Source: Paraspadella gotoi (taxonomy: Eukaryota; Animalia; Chaetognatha). From it: DNA of 64,000 nucleotides. Location of the stretch: NCBI GenBank assembly GCA_051294375.1, contig CM119263.1:30926053-30990052 (forward strand), read 5' to 3'. Positions 35,828 to 54,282 of the stretch are shown here, piece after piece. Each line of letters starts with the position of its first letter. Position 1 is the stretch's first letter. A model generated the notes under the pieces. That model did not search any database. It worked only from the letters and a program-made list of their open reading frames with translations, and had not been told where the DNA came from. A program made the translations under genes and the position numbers.

Positions 35828-38800
35828 CATCCCCCACCGAGGCTCACCCGATGGGGAGAAGACTATGAGAGTTTTTGATTCTTGTTTTACTCTTCATCAG
35901 GGGTTGAGCATTGAAGGGAGAATGTTCATTAGGCCTGGAATTGGTTTCTTGGACGTCTGAGCGTCGAATGATTAAGGTGACGCGGCGAGGAAGGGGGTGG
36001 AACGAATTGGTCAGTGGAAAGCAGGGAGGGTGTGAACGAGGCGTGGGACCACGGCGCTGGCGCCGGCGGAGGCGAGAGGCGTAAGAGAGTGGCTCGAGAT
36101 GGCTAGCTTCAAGCCGATCGACAGAGATTCGTCTCAATGCCTCGTCCAGGAATTTCGAGTTTGAAAGTTTTTTTGGCTCGTTCCACGATGATGTATGGCC
36201 TCGTATGGGGGCTGGAGAGGCGTCGAATGGCCTCGCGCCGGATATAGACCGCGCGTGCGCATCTGCTAGTGTTTTCAGGGACCTGTGGAGGCGGGACTGT
36301 GTGCCAAGCCGTGGGCTAGGCTGCATGAGGGCGACGTCCGCGCGCAGCTCTTCGCGGTATACGCGCGCGGGCGTCAGATCGGCGTCGGCCATTGGGACCG
36401 GAAGTAGTTGCTCCGGGATAGCCTGTCAATGTTTCTCCCAGCGCCCAACTCGCGGAGAGATGGTTCGGAGTACAGATACATAACAATAAGAGAGGAGAGT
36501 AGCCGGACGGCTGAGTAGGGTCCAGGGGAAGTTGCTGCAACCAGTTATTGCCAGCGCATCAGCAGCCGCACGGAGTGCCCTTGAGAGTTGCCGATGGAGT
36601 CATCTCTACCATCCCGTTTGCCTGGGGATGATTAGGCGGTTGTAGTGGCCGGTGTCTCAAAACCGACTACCGCCGCCCTTACTTGGGCGCCAAAGTTCAG
36701 ACGTGAATTGTGCGCCTCTGTCGGTGCCGCTCCCAATGGCGGCACGGCCAAATTCGCGAGACCAGTAGAGAAGCGAAGGGTTCTGCGACTTGAAAGAGCA
36801 GAGACATTATGTGTCGCGCCATGGCGCCACTTCCGGCCACGCGTGAAGCTGGTCAATGATTGTGGAATAGAGGCCCGCGGCCGGGCGAGAGGGACCAACG
36901 ATTCTCGACATGATGTGGGCGAATTCTTTTTGATGGCGGTTCAAAGTGTTGGAGGGGCGCGGATTGACGTTGAAACTTTTTTGCGCGCTGGACACGTGTC
37001 GCACGCGGCCGCCCAGCCCATAGATACAGACATAAGAGAAGAACAAGAAGAAGAGAACCAAACAAAACGTTTTTTGTTACAAGGCTTTTTGATGCCTTGA
37101 CTCCGGGTGGCCGAAAATTGTGGGGGTAACATCGAACAATACGGCCGCCATGTTAGGAACGAGCTGGGCGTGCGCGTGTACTGTATATATCGCAGATGAG
37201 GGAAGCGTGACATGCGTTGACTCGCGTTTTAGTCATAGAGCCGGTATGAGGATCATTGAGGAGGCGTTGGACGTGTCATCATTCTCTTGGTCAGCCGCCA
37301 TAGCTTCCAGGTTGATGCTAAGGCGCCTATTGGCGTTGACAGTGGCGACAACATCCTTTTTGGCACGTGGTCTTCCTCTGTTCTGCTGTGGGTATGGAGC
37401 TGCGGTGTCGATGGCATGGCTGGTGGGCGTGAAAGGGCATCGGCGACGACATTAGCCTGCCAGAGATGTGACGAATGTCGCCATAAATTCCGCAATTCCA
37501 GCCAGTTGCGTAGTGTTTTGTCGCATGGTATGGTACGGGGTATACTGGTTTCCTGATTGCTGAGAATGAGCGAGATGTGGTCGCTATGATACAGTGTAAT
37601 AAGCGGCGCCCCTCGACGTAAGCCGGAAATGGCGGATGCGGTAATGAGCCAGAACAAAAAGTTCTTTGTCAAATGGTGGGCCACTTTCTTCTGAGAGCTT
37701 GAAGGCCTTTTGAAAAACCAAGCGGCTGCCAGAATTCAACCTGCTGCTCCAAAAGAACAGCGCCGATATGCAACCAATCAGCAGGCGTCGACACGCTGGC
37801 CAAGAGGGGCACAGATCAAATGGAGATATACAAGTAGATGGTGGCATCAAGCAAGAGCGTTTTGTGGCAGTGAAGGCCCGGCCTCCTGTGGTGCTGCCCA
37901 TTTTTCGAAAAGGCGCCGTTGCCCTGAAGGAGTTCATAGAGGGGCCAGATGTGGGCCGCGTGAGGGGAACCCACGGCGGTAAGTAGTTTAGCATTGCCCA
38001 AAAAACGTTGAAGCGTCCTGGTACGTGGTAGAGATCTGATAGGATGCTGCGGATAGGCATCAACCTTGGACGGCAGTGGCTATTTATAGCCATGACGACA
38101 ACTTTTATAGCCCAAGGAACTCCAAGCTGGTCGCGGAATACACATTTGGCCGCGCTGTTGACAACTAGACCATTGTCGGCCAAGGGCCGTTGAAGACAGC
38201 CTTCTAGGTCTTCAAAGTGTTCGTCATGCGAGTTTGAGGCAACAAGAAAGGTCGTCTAGATAGACAAAGACATGCGGGTATTCCATTCAGGACCCGATCC
38301 ATCATCCTCTGGAAATCCTTGTGCATAGACATAACATAATATAGACACCAAAGGCATAAGTCAAATCAAAGAGCCCAAATGGAGTGATGATGGCGGTTTA
38401 TGGCGGTCTTCTTTGGCAACAGGGATCTGGTGAACCCTTTGCAAGGTCGATCTTGGAGAAGATGTTTTTCGGCACTATCTGCGTGAAATCCATCAGATGC
38501 GTATAGGGTACGGTCATCATGGTGGCGCCATTGAGCGCCGTAGTCACAACATGGGCGGAGCGAGCCATCTGGTTTTCGCGTGACGTGGAGAGGGGATGCC
38601 CAGGCAGAGGTAGAACGACGAATAATGCTAGCTCCTCCATCTTTTGAAATTCGGCTTTTGCAGCTGCGAGCTGGTCCGGGGCGAGGCGTCTGGCACGAGC
38701 ATGGACGGGCGGCCTGAGGTGTGGTGTTCACGCCATGCTTTGGAGTGCAGCATTGAATATGAGCTTTGTCAGTTCGGGTCGCTCATCAAGGAGCGAAGTG

Positions 38801-40467
38801 TAGACGTCGCGACATGATGGACGCGAGGGGGCGTGGTTGAGGCAGAGTTCCGGCGTGTCCTGCAATGATGCTGAAATCATCAAGATTAAGTAGAAGGCCG
38901 CGTCGGTGGTCAACGCCAGTGGTGTTCCATCAAAAAATCTGCTCCCAGTATGGGCGTGGCCCATCAGCCAGCGGACAAGGTAGGATACGAACGGGAGCCA
39001 AGTCGAATTGGATTTCCTGGAGTCCAAAAATTTTGATGGCGTGTCATTGGCAGCGTGGAGGGTTGGAAAGTGGCGGCGTTTGAGTGCCGCTTTGAACAGC
39101 GGGGCGCGGGCCTTTTGCGCGATCGGGAAGGTGTAGCAGGTAGAAGTGGTGGCTCAGAGCCACCATCGACGAGCCACTCCACGCCAGAATAAGGGTCGCG
39201 CAGGGTAAAATAGTTTGGAGTCAGATCGGCCAGCGACGCGGGCGACTAACGGCCCGCCCGCGTTGGCGTTTGACGCCATGCTGCAGGGGCGGGCCGTCAC
39301 ACTGATAGGCCCTGTCTTTAAAGACGTAGTGATACACGCATTTCTTTCACCAGCAGGGAGAGATTGAGCGCGAAATCCGATCGCGTAGGTCGTTGTTGTT
39401 GTTGTTGTGGTCGGCGCTGGGTGCTGATTCCTCAGACGAAGTGGTGGCCTGAATACGTCCGCTTGACTGCATTGGCGTATGAGGTGGCCTGCGTGGTGGA
39501 ATCGGGATCGGCGAATTCTTCAGAGGCTCAAGATGCTCGTCCGCAGTGTCCTCAGCCAAGGGACCAGATGACCACGCATTTAGATGTTTGTTTGGTTGCG
39601 GACTGACCTGAAGGCGTGAAGAAACATTGTTGCTGTTTTGAGCAACAGTCATCGAGGCTTTCCTCCTCTTTGATGACATGTCGGTGACTGACGTAGGCAG
39701 GGAGGAGATAAGCAGTGCCTTTAGGACGTCGTCGAAGTTAGGCCTTGTCCTTGTGATCTGAGGGCGGCGAGATGTGTAGGGGGGTGCTCCCCTTCAAAGA
39801 AGTCATCTTGAGAAGTTTGACGGCGCGTTGGTCTTTGCATCGCCATACACATCCCTAGGTGCGACGATGAGACGCGAGATAGGAAGCCATTCGACTTGTC
39901 CTTCCTGATGTCAGGGTCGAGGTGGCGGTGGCGGTCCGTAGGGATCGCCGCTAGTAAGTGGGCCTTCTTCACACGGGCGTCGAGGACGTCGGCGACTCGA
40001 AGGCATTGTCTACAGCAATATCCCATTCGTCAATGTTGTCAGATCGAAAGTTGGTATTTTGGCGTTCTCGGTCGGAGGGGCAGCGTCAACACTTGTGGGG
40101 ACGCTGCGGCGTCACCGCGTCTTTCCGGTCGTGATTGGCGGTAATTCCGATGATGCAACACTAGCGTTAGCCGTTCGAGTCGTCTTCAGCATTTCCATTA
40201 TATCGTTCATTGGCTTTTCATCACATCATCTCTTGCCGAGGCTTCGTTGATATCGGCGCGCCTCAGCGGCCGGCGTCGTGGAACGCATCGTCGGCTGCGC
40301 AGGTCGGAGAGGTTTTGTCTTGGGTGCATCAAGGAACCTCTTCTTCGTCAGCGGGAGGTTGATGGCGTGGACGAGAGAATAAGTATTTTTTCGTAGCCAT
40401 AGTGAAGATTTTTATTTTGCTTGTTTTGTTTTTTTTTTTTTGTGACAAGATGAAAAAGGTTTGATTT

Positions 40468-40501
<34 letters not shown>

Positions 40502-40521
40502 TAACGTCGTGGCTTACCACG

Positions 40522-40646
40522 TGTGGCAGGAGTTGTTACTGCACGAGGTTGAATCGAGAATGGTTTTCTCCCGTTAATAACAATACAATTGATACTAAGT
40601 CTAAACAATGAGAAACATAAGGTCATACGAAAGCGTGAAATCATGT

Positions 40647-40706
<60 letters not shown>

Positions 40707-40755
40707 TTCTTAATAAGTTGGTCGATCGCAGAAGTCACGTGTGGTTACTGCCACA
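40522..40755 (-). repeat. 5' LTR, followed on the minus strand by a PBS-like TGGTAAGCCACGACGT (40519-40504)
   Basis: TGTGGCAG...CTGCCACA 8-bp inverted termini. The PBS resembles the tRNA-Trp type TGGTGACCCCGACGT with mismatches. Confidence 0.88.
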
Positions 40756-42905
40756 GTATATCCTTTGTTTTATTTTTCTTCGATTTTCGAAAGGCGGCGC
40801 CGCAACCGCAGGTCGGCGATCTACTGGTGCTCAGGGAAATTCCCGCCGTGCTCGAGAGTCTGCGTGCCCGAGTTTAAAGTCGCCGCTTTCTCGCTTATCT
40901 TTGTCACCGACAAAATCGAAGGCAGCAGCAGCAGAGACGGAGGCAGCAGCATTAGAAGCAGCCGACGGAAGATCAGGAGACTGGAAAGTTTGGGAAAAAA
41001 CAGGATGTAGGAAAACAGACTGAAGAAAGATCGAAAGAGAGAAAGAAGAAAGATTGAAAGAAAGAAAGATAGAAAAAAGGAAAGAAAGAAAGAATGATGA
41101 TGGGAAATAATATCGACTCCCAACTGATCCTAGAACAGAAGACTTAATAGCAGAGGAGAGAAAGAGAGAGAGAGAGAAAAAGATAGACGATAGAGAGAAA
41201 GGAGAGAGAGGAGAAGAGCGCGGGGAGAGAGAGAGAGAGAGAGAAGATAGAAATATAATGACGACGACCTCGCAAACAATAATTTAAGCGCAACAAAACC
41301 TCGATTGACTTCGACAGATTTTGCTCTTCCGCATTTTGCTTTTTATGGTTTTTTTGCTTTTTTTGCCTTTTGCTTATTGCAGATATCAATATTAATATTT
41401 TTATCTTATTTTACCACAAATATCATGCGTTCCCTGAATCATTTAGTTACTTATCTAATGAAAATCGGTACCAGCATATAATATCTATTCATTGATAAAA
41501 AGCTATGACTTTGGACAGACTCGATTCAGGCAAGAATTTAATATTTTTTTACAATATGAAACAGTCTGAATAAAAATTCTTGTCCTTTTTCAACCAAATT
41601 GACTTATGATTTAGATTTTGATTTATTCATTTTCCTTACGTATGGAAGCATTTTAATATTTAACAATTAATAAGAAATGCTTAAAAAATTTATATTTTTT
41701 AAAATAAGTTAGATAAAGGTTAGTATTACAAATTTCAAAAAATTTAATGATAAATAAGTTTAAAATTGGAAAAAAATTTAAAAATTATCATCATCATCAT
41801 CATTCAATAAATTTGATAGTTTTTTAATTTTCATAAACAAATCATTAAAATTTCAAAAAGTTGTAGTAATAGCTTCATCTAACTTTTTAAGCTTTATCAG
41901 AATCCGATAAAAAATATGTAAAATTTACTAAAAATTTTTTGACATTATATAGTAATTGGATAATATTAAATAATATTATAATAATATTATAATAATATTA
42001 ATAATAATAATATTAATATATAATAATATTATAATATAAATTTTCACAATCTTTAATAACAATAAAATACCATTTTATACCGGACTTCAGGTAGTTTTGT
42101 AACCTGTTCCGCTTGAGCCTCCACCCCTCTTTCCTTTTTACTCATGTATACATGATTTTAATAGTTTTATTCATTCATACGTTTATTCATTCAACAATGT
42201 AATGCTGAATCCTAAACCCAATTTTTAGCATTTAGGAAATTATTTAATGATAAAAAAATTTTGTTTGTTTACATTATGACGTCATCCATGTGGAAAAAAA
42301 ACATTTCTACGAAAAATAAAAAATGATGGATTTGTACTAAGCCTAAGCTAAGAGAAAGAATTAAAAATGGAACAAAAAACGAAGAACAAAACGAAATAAA
42401 ATAGAAAAAGAAAATAAAAGAACAAAAATAAAAAAAAATATGAAACGAAAATATTAATTTTGCTGAAAAATTAATGAAACGAAGTTGAAAATGAAAAAGA
42501 TAATGAAGTCTAATGAAAAGAACAACGACAACAACGACAACAACGACAACACGACACAACGGACACAACGACAAAACGACACACACAACGAAAAAGCAAA
42601 AGGAATAAAAAATTAAAAATCGAGTTTTTTCTGCTGTAGTTAGAAGAAAGTGATGGAGTTAGTTCAACAAACCTACAGTGATGGAGACAAACTTACCTCG
42701 AAACATCCTCCTTTCTCCATCAAATCTGTTGCGTTGACTGCATCAAAATGCTGCAGTGAACCAACTCCAATGCTGTAGCAAAACGGCATCTATTGCAGAG
42801 AACCACCTGCAATTGATCAGGCAGAATCCAGCGATGACTTCAACCATGGCCAACGCATCCTTTTCCTCGTCTTTTTTTGACGCTGATGACCTGTTATCAC
42901 CTGCA

Positions 42906-42940
<35 letters not shown>

Positions 42941-43241
42941 GCGACAAGAATCGTATCATTGTCCGCCCCCGAGGCGTTAGCGTTGAGTCAGCGCCGGCGC
43001 TTGGCCCGTCGGGGGCGGAGGCAGCGGCATCGTTTAAAACGTCGGTTTCCTCGTCGGCTTGTCGTCTCCGCAGTCGGCTATGGCGGCCAGATGTCGCTGC
43101 GAGTGCAGTGGAGGGCCGGCGGCGTCAGCGGCGGCGCCGGCGGCGGCGGCGGTGACATCAAAAACTTTGTCGGTGGAAGAAGAGATAAAGTATCAGTTGC
43201 CAGACGCCTTTGATGTTGCCGCCGGTTAAATCAGGTGAGAA

Positions 43242-43295
<54 letters not shown>

Positions 43296-43355
43296 AGTGT
43301 GTGTAAACCTAGTAGTATATACTAATTCGATTGTGAAAATAGGGAGGCAAAGGAA

Positions 43356-43386
<31 letters not shown>

Positions 43387-44650
43387 CAATAAGAGAGAGA
43401 GAGAGAGAGAGAGAGCTAAAAAAATCCATTGCGATGTGGCGCCAATTTTAAGGTGGAGAAAAGAAGTTGACAGGAAAATGTGATATTCGAGGTGTGAAAA
43501 GAAAAGAGAAGAAGATGAAAGATAGAGAGTAAGAGGATAGAGAAAAAGGATAGTAACAGAGGGAGAAGAGGAGGAAGAGGATAGAGGAAAAGGATAGGTA
43601 AAGAGAGGAGAAGAGAAGATAGAGAAGAGGAGGATAGAGGAAAAGGATAGAGGAAAAGGATAGGTAAGAGAGAGAAGAAGAGGGGATAGAGGAAGAGGAT
43701 AGAGGAAAAGGACGGAAGGAAGAAGAAAGAAGCGGTAGAGGGAGTAAGTTGAGAGACATGTTGAAAGAAAGGAAGAAGGTAAGGTACGTGACTTACTCAA
43801 AGTAATAGGATCATTGATAGGAATTTGAGCGTTTTAAGTTCAAATTTGGTCATTTTAAAACATCTGAATTTTGGAAAAAGTGAAGAGATGAAGAGGACGT
43901 GAAATGTGAAAGTGAGTGAAGGGAAGGTGATTTCGAGTGAGTTAAAGCGAAGAGGAAGTCAAAGTGAAGAGGTAAGTAAGCGAGAGTAATCAAGCGAGAG
44001 ATAAATCAAGCGAAGAGTAATTCAAGCGAAGAGGTAAACAAAGTGAAGAGGTAAGTCAAAGGAGAGTAAGAAGTGAAGAGGTATCAAAGCGAAGAGGTAA
44101 GCAAGCGAAGGATAATCAAAGCAGAGATAATCAAAGCGAGAGAGGTAATATCAAAGCGAAGAGGTAAGACAAAGTGAAGAGGTAAGTACAAATAAGCGAA
44201 GAGGTAAGTCAAAGTGAAGAGGTAAGTCAAAGTGAAAAATCCGGGTGAAGTTTTTGAGGCCGCGATCTCGACGGTTAATGGGGCGTGATGGTCGGAGAGG
44301 GACGGAGAGGGGATTTTGTGGGGAGGAATTGTGGGCGTTGTGGATATTGTGGATAATGGATAAAAAGTGGATATAATGCGGAAGTGATTGTTGTGATTGT
44401 TAAGGATGAAAACTCAAGGACTTGAACCAGAGGTTAACATCGGTTTTAAACCTGGAAAGGACTTTATTATGTTCCTTCGCTTGGACGACAACAGTTGAAA
44501 ATTTTGATAGAATTCTTGAGACACGATAACGATCGATCAATCAATCAATCAATCGATCGATCGATCAATCAATCAATTAGTCAGTCAATCGATCAATAGA
44601 TCAATTAATCGATCAATCAATTAATACATCAATGAATGAATGAAAGCATA

Positions 44651-44681
<31 letters not shown>

Positions 44682-44907
44682 CAATCAATCAATCAACAGA
44701 GGATTTATCGTAGAAACGCCTGAAAATGATTGAGGCAGATTTAGTAACCAAGGGAATTGGTCATTGAGGCAAAGGATTTTCGTTGGATTAAACTCGCTTC
44801 ATGCCGGCGGCGGAGAGGAGGAGGAGGAGGAGGAGGGCGGCGGCGGCGGAGAAGTCGGGGGTCGGAACAGAGAACTCTGTTGACCGCTGAAATTGAGGAG
44901 GCGAGAG

Positions 44908-44946
<39 letters not shown>

Positions 44947-46139
44947 GAGAGAGAGAGAGAGAGAGGAAGCTGGAGGTTAAAGGTTAGAAGAAGGACACAA
45001 AGGAGGAAGAAGCGCAGCAGCAATAGCGGTGGGTGGCGGAGCTGCGGTGGCGGCGGCGGCGGCGGGAAATGAAGCCGTTTTTCTCCAATTGTTTATGATG
45101 CGATACAAGAAGAGATTTTTTCGCGGAAGCGTCGACGAAAATCCTTTGGTCATAAATGAGTGGAGGAAAAAGGGATTTGAGTGAGGGAAGAGGAGGAAAA
45201 GGGGATTTGGAGTAATAGGAAAAAGGGGATTTGGGGAAAAGGATGAAAAGGATTTTGGGGAAGAGGAAAGAGGATTTGGGGGAAGAAAAAAGGGGATTGG
45301 GGAGGAAGAGGAGGAAAAGGGATTTGGGAGAAAAAGGATGAAAAGGGATGAGTAAGGGAAAAGGGGATTGGGGGAAGAGGAGGAAAATGGATTTGGGAGA
45401 AGAGGAATTATTAATTTAATTAAAGGAAAGAAATTTTAGGGGAAAAAAGAATATACGCAGATAAACTATATATATATATATATATGTAACTATATAAAAT
45501 ACTTAGAAAAAGAAAGGCAGCAGCTTTAGAGTAAGTTCAAAAGCGATATCAATCGAGAAACGATACTTACCTTTCCCCGATTTCAGATCCCTCTCGATCT
45601 TCCTTCACGCCACCAGCGCCAATCTTTTCTTTCACGGAACCAATCAACAAAAACCGAGGAACCAACGCACACATCAACACTCTGGCCAACACCCCACGTG
45701 GAAACAACACTGGAGGCGATGGAAAAACCAAATTCTACCTCAACAACGACAACAACAACGACGATCGAGATCAGAATCATTACTTACCCGTCGATCACGT
45801 TATCGATCACGTGATTCTTCACGAAAATCGACGCTTTTTTAATCACGTTAGTTTTTGAAAGTTTGGAACGGAACCATTTTAATTTTTCTTTTTTTTGTTA
45901 TTTATAAATATTGACATTTTTTAAAAGATGAAAATGAAATTATTTCATGGCGAAGTTACGTAAAGTAATGAGAAGATTTAGGGGAAATTAATAATTTATT
46001 TATTTACCGATTCTTAACATTTGCGTTTAAAAATATCTTATTATTATTTCTGTATCGATTACTCGAGAAACCGATACAGTCGGTGTTTCGAGGCAAGATG
46101 GCGTCTGCAAGCAAAGCAGAGGGCACCAAGCTAACCTTA

Positions 46140-46175
<36 letters not shown>

Positions 46176-46200
46176 NNNNNNNNNNNNNNNNNNNNNNNNN

Positions 46201-51101
<4,901 letters not shown>

Positions 51102-51114
51102 TATCCCCAGATTT

Positions 51115-51164
<50 letters not shown>

Positions 51165-51270
51165 TAGCAAAATACAAAGGAATTATAATTGCAGTGGTCA
51201 ACAAAAGAACATAGTTTCCTGGGCCAGAGTCAAAGCACTGAATCCCTCTTTTTATAATTATATTTTAAAG

Positions 51271-51358
51271 ATGGCGACTTCCGAATTACGATCGAATTTT
51301 TTTGGTTTCTGTTGGACTCACGATCTTCGGTTCCGCCTTCAACATCTGCGTCTTTCAG
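51271..51358 (+). CDS. Class A GPCR, TM1 exon
   Basis: Acceptor tattttaaAG (phase 2). Translates WRLPNYDRIFLVSVGLTIFGSAFNICVFQ (GxxxN, N1.50). Donor CAG/GTTCCA, phase 0. Confidence 0.8.
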
Positions 51359-51659
51359 GTTCCAATACTTTCATTTTTTTTTACTATTTATCGACTTCTC
51401 TATTCTTCTATATATTTTATTCTATTCTTCTCTATTTTCTATTCTTTGGCATCGTAATTTCTTTTTTGAAATACCCAATTTTAAAAAAAATGATGCTGAA
51501 AAAATGAAATCTAATTCTTTATTTAGATTTTTTTTATTTATTTTTTTTATCTATTTTTTTTTGTTAAAATCTTTTCTATTTAATCATATATTTTCATATT
51601 TTATTTATATATATATATATATATACTTTTCTTTTAATATCTTTCTTTTTTTTCATCAG

Positions 51660-51785
51660 ATTCTCTCTGCTCTCCCATCGTCTGGCGCCATTTTCCTCCT
51701 CCGTCTTCTGGCCGTCGTTGATTCCTCCTTCCTCTGGACGCAAGTCATTCTTCGGTGGAGCGTGGCCGAACTCAGGGCGCAAACG
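51660..51785 (+). CDS. Class A GPCR, ICL1-TM2 exon
   Basis: Acceptor tttttttcatcAG. Translates ILSALPSSGAIFLLRLLAVVDSSFLWTQVILRWSVAELRAQT (LAxxD, D2.50). Donor GTGAAA; phase 0/0. Confidence 0.85.
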
Positions 51786-51934
51786 GTGAAAACAATCAAT
51801 CAATCAATTATTTACCTAATGAATTACTGGCTCTTTTTTAATTTAATAATTAATTTACAAATTTATGTATAGTATCTTCGAAGGTTTGAAATATCAGTCA
51901 TTTATTTTAGTAGTTTTATAATAAAATCCAATCA

Positions 51935-52145
51935 ATGATCCAACCAATCAAAACAATCAAATAAATCTGTAAGTCAACCAATCTAAAAAATAAACTAAAT
52001 CTGTAAGTCAACCAATCAAAACAATCAAATCAATCTTTAAGTCAACCAATCAAAAAAATCTGCAAAATCTGTAAGTCAACCAATCAAAACAATCAAATCA
52101 ATCTGTAAGTCAACTAATCAAAAAAATCAATCAATCAATCAATCA
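51935..52145. repeat. ~33-bp degenerate tandem repeat containing CCAAT, intronic
   Basis: Unit aatctgtaagtcaaccaatcaaaacaatcaaatc, ~5 copies. Confidence 0.8.
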
Positions 52146-52146
52146 G

Positions 52147-52249
52147 GATGACGAATTCTGGTCTTGCGAAATCGCGCCCGTTTTTATCTTCTCCGTCGCC
52201 TACGCACATTCTTGGCTCTACGTTGCTTTGGGCTTTGAATCCATTTTGG
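52147..52249 (+). CDS. Class A GPCR, ECL1-TM3 exon
   Basis: Translates DDEFWSCEIAPVFIFSVAYAHSWLYVALGFESIL(G): C3.25 and an SWLxVA motif like invertebrate peptide-receptor-like GPCRs, with the DRY position reading ESI. Donor G/GTAAGA, phase 1. Confidence 0.85.
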
Positions 52250-52260
52250 GTAAGAGAGAG

Positions 52261-52315
<55 letters not shown>

Positions 52316-52439
52316 GAGAGAGAGAGAAGGAGAGAGAGAAGAGAGAGAGAGGAGAGAGGAGAAAGAAGTGAGAGGAGAGAGAGAGAGAGAGAGAGATAGA
52401 GAGAGAGTGAGAAAGAGAGAAAGAGAGAGATAGAAAAAG

Positions 52440-52475
<36 letters not shown>

Positions 52476-52476
52476 T

Positions 52477-52508
<32 letters not shown>

Positions 52509-53159
52509 AGAGACGAGAGACGAGAGAGAGAGAGAGAGAGAGCAAGAGAGAGAGAAAGATAAAAAAGAAGACACTTAATATGTTTAATCAATGGAGTAGA
52601 AAAAAAGGCTTCTCAATCAGCCCAGTAGGAAAACCTCCTTAAGTTTATCACAAAAAAAATTTTAAAAAGAAACATCAGCGCCTAATGTATTCAATTCTAT
52701 TCTTAACTAGGATGTAAATGTATGATATAGTATAAATTAATTAAATATATCATTTTTTTTATTGTAAAACTAATTTCTCAGTCGTTCTTGTTTTCCTACA
52801 AGCTTAGTAACGCGATATATACTTTTTTATTTATCATTGAATAATTAATAAATAAAACATTTACATATTATTTATTAGGTAGAAGGTACCATAATTAGAC
52901 TTAAATTGTTCGACCGCCCGACCGATAAATCATTTATGGAGTCGCATCAAGAAAACGAAGCTTAGTCTCATCTCAATATTTTCACAAAAGATTAATTTTA
53001 GGCAAAGACTTGAAACTCGTGAGACTTCCTCACGTTTTTGACTTTTGAAAAAGAAAAATAATTAAAATCCACTTTTTTATTTTGAAAAAGTAAAAAAAAA
53101 ATTTGAAAAAGAAAAGACTTTTTTAAAAAATAAAATGGTTTACCAAAACATGTTTTCAT

Positions 53160-53256
53160 AAAGAAAAGAAAAGAAAAGAAAAGAAAAGAAAAGAAAAGAA
53201 AAGAAAAGAAAAGAAAAGAAAAGAAAAGAAAAGAAAAGAAAAGAAAAGAAAAGAAA
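53160..53256. repeat. (AAAAG)n pentanucleotide microsatellite
   Basis: Pure run read directly. Confidence 0.95.
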
Positions 53257-53836
53257 AAAAAGAAGAGAAGAGAAAGAGAGGGATTATTCTTTTGACTGGA
53301 ATTCCTTGAGAGTAGAAGATGTAACGTCGTTAAGGATTAAGCATTAGTACTTAATTCTGGATTAAGGGACTAAGGTTAAGAATTAACTGATTTGAGTTAA
53401 ATATTCACATAAAGTATTCGGAATAAGAAACCGAAATGAGCGCTTTTGAAAAAGAGAGCCTAAAGAATTACATCGATTATCGTGCGAGACGATAAGTGAG
53501 CATTCAGTATTAAATTTAGGTCAACTGGTAGACAAGAAAATACAATATTTACAAAGAATAAGTGACAAAACAATTCATGAAACCAAAATATTTACGTTGA
53601 AAATCTGATTGTGATATAATCTTCACTAAAAACGATAAATCGCTAAATCACATTAAGTTACATTAAATTACATTGCGAAAAAAATTACGGGGAAAATAAA
53701 ATAAAATAAAATAAAAGTAGAAAGAATCTTAATTAGCGAGAGACTTCGCGATCAAATTGTAAATTAATATTAATGGTTTAATCACAGCGAAGAGATTTAA
53801 AATTTTAGACTTAAAGAGTTCGTTCAACCTAAGTCG

Positions 53837-53930
<94 letters not shown>

Positions 53931-54048
53931 GGGCGCCAAGATTTGAAAATGTTGTTTATTTTCGGTTTGCGTTTTTGTCTTAACGAGATTAATTATCGCG
54001 TGAAAGGAAGTTAAGAGATCGTGAGACGCCTTTGGGTGAGGCCACTCG

Positions 54049-54282
54049 GGCTTTGGAGGAGCAAGAGTCATGGGTAAGAGGCTTTGAAGGAGCAGAGAGT
54101 CATGGGTAGGGGCTTTGCAGGAGCAGAGAGTCTTGGGTGAGGGCTTGCATAAGAGGAAGCAGAGATCTTGGGTAAGGGGCTTTGGAGGAGCAGAGAGTCA
54201 TGGGTAAGGGGCTTTGAAGGAGCAGAGAGTCATGGGTAAGGGGCTTTGGAGGAGCAGATTGTCTTGGGTAAGGGTCTTTGGA
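54049..54282. repeat. 32-bp tandem repeat, ~7 copies, intronic
   Basis: Unit ggctttggaggagcagagagtcatgggtaagg. Confidence 0.9.

Larger units (their letters stand above)
35582..40755 (-). mobile_element. Ty3/Gypsy LTR retrotransposon, full-length architecture with many frameshifts as assembled
   Basis: Two ~240-bp LTRs and a 4-bp TSD GTAT (35578-35581, 40756-40759). Minus-strand order: gag (CVYHYVFKDRAYQC), PR (WLVDGGSE), RT (SAWASPLHVTRKPDGSLRPCCDY, FSKIDLAKG, VYLDD), RNase H (FDKEL, NVVADALSR), IN (IIDQLHAWPEV, TTTA..QANGMVE). PR-RT-RH-IN is the Gypsy order. Confidence 0.93.
33908..46175 (+). repeat. Copy B of the duplicated block (equivalent to ~24120-31260), containing the Gypsy insertion
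   Basis: Collinear with copy A with many small indels. Bounded by 25-N gaps at 33866-33890 and 46176-46200. Confidence 0.93.

Noticed and set aside
35830-40500. Plus-strand ORFs within the Gypsy element as separate genes
   Set aside because: They are antisense shadows of GC-rich gag-pol sequence.
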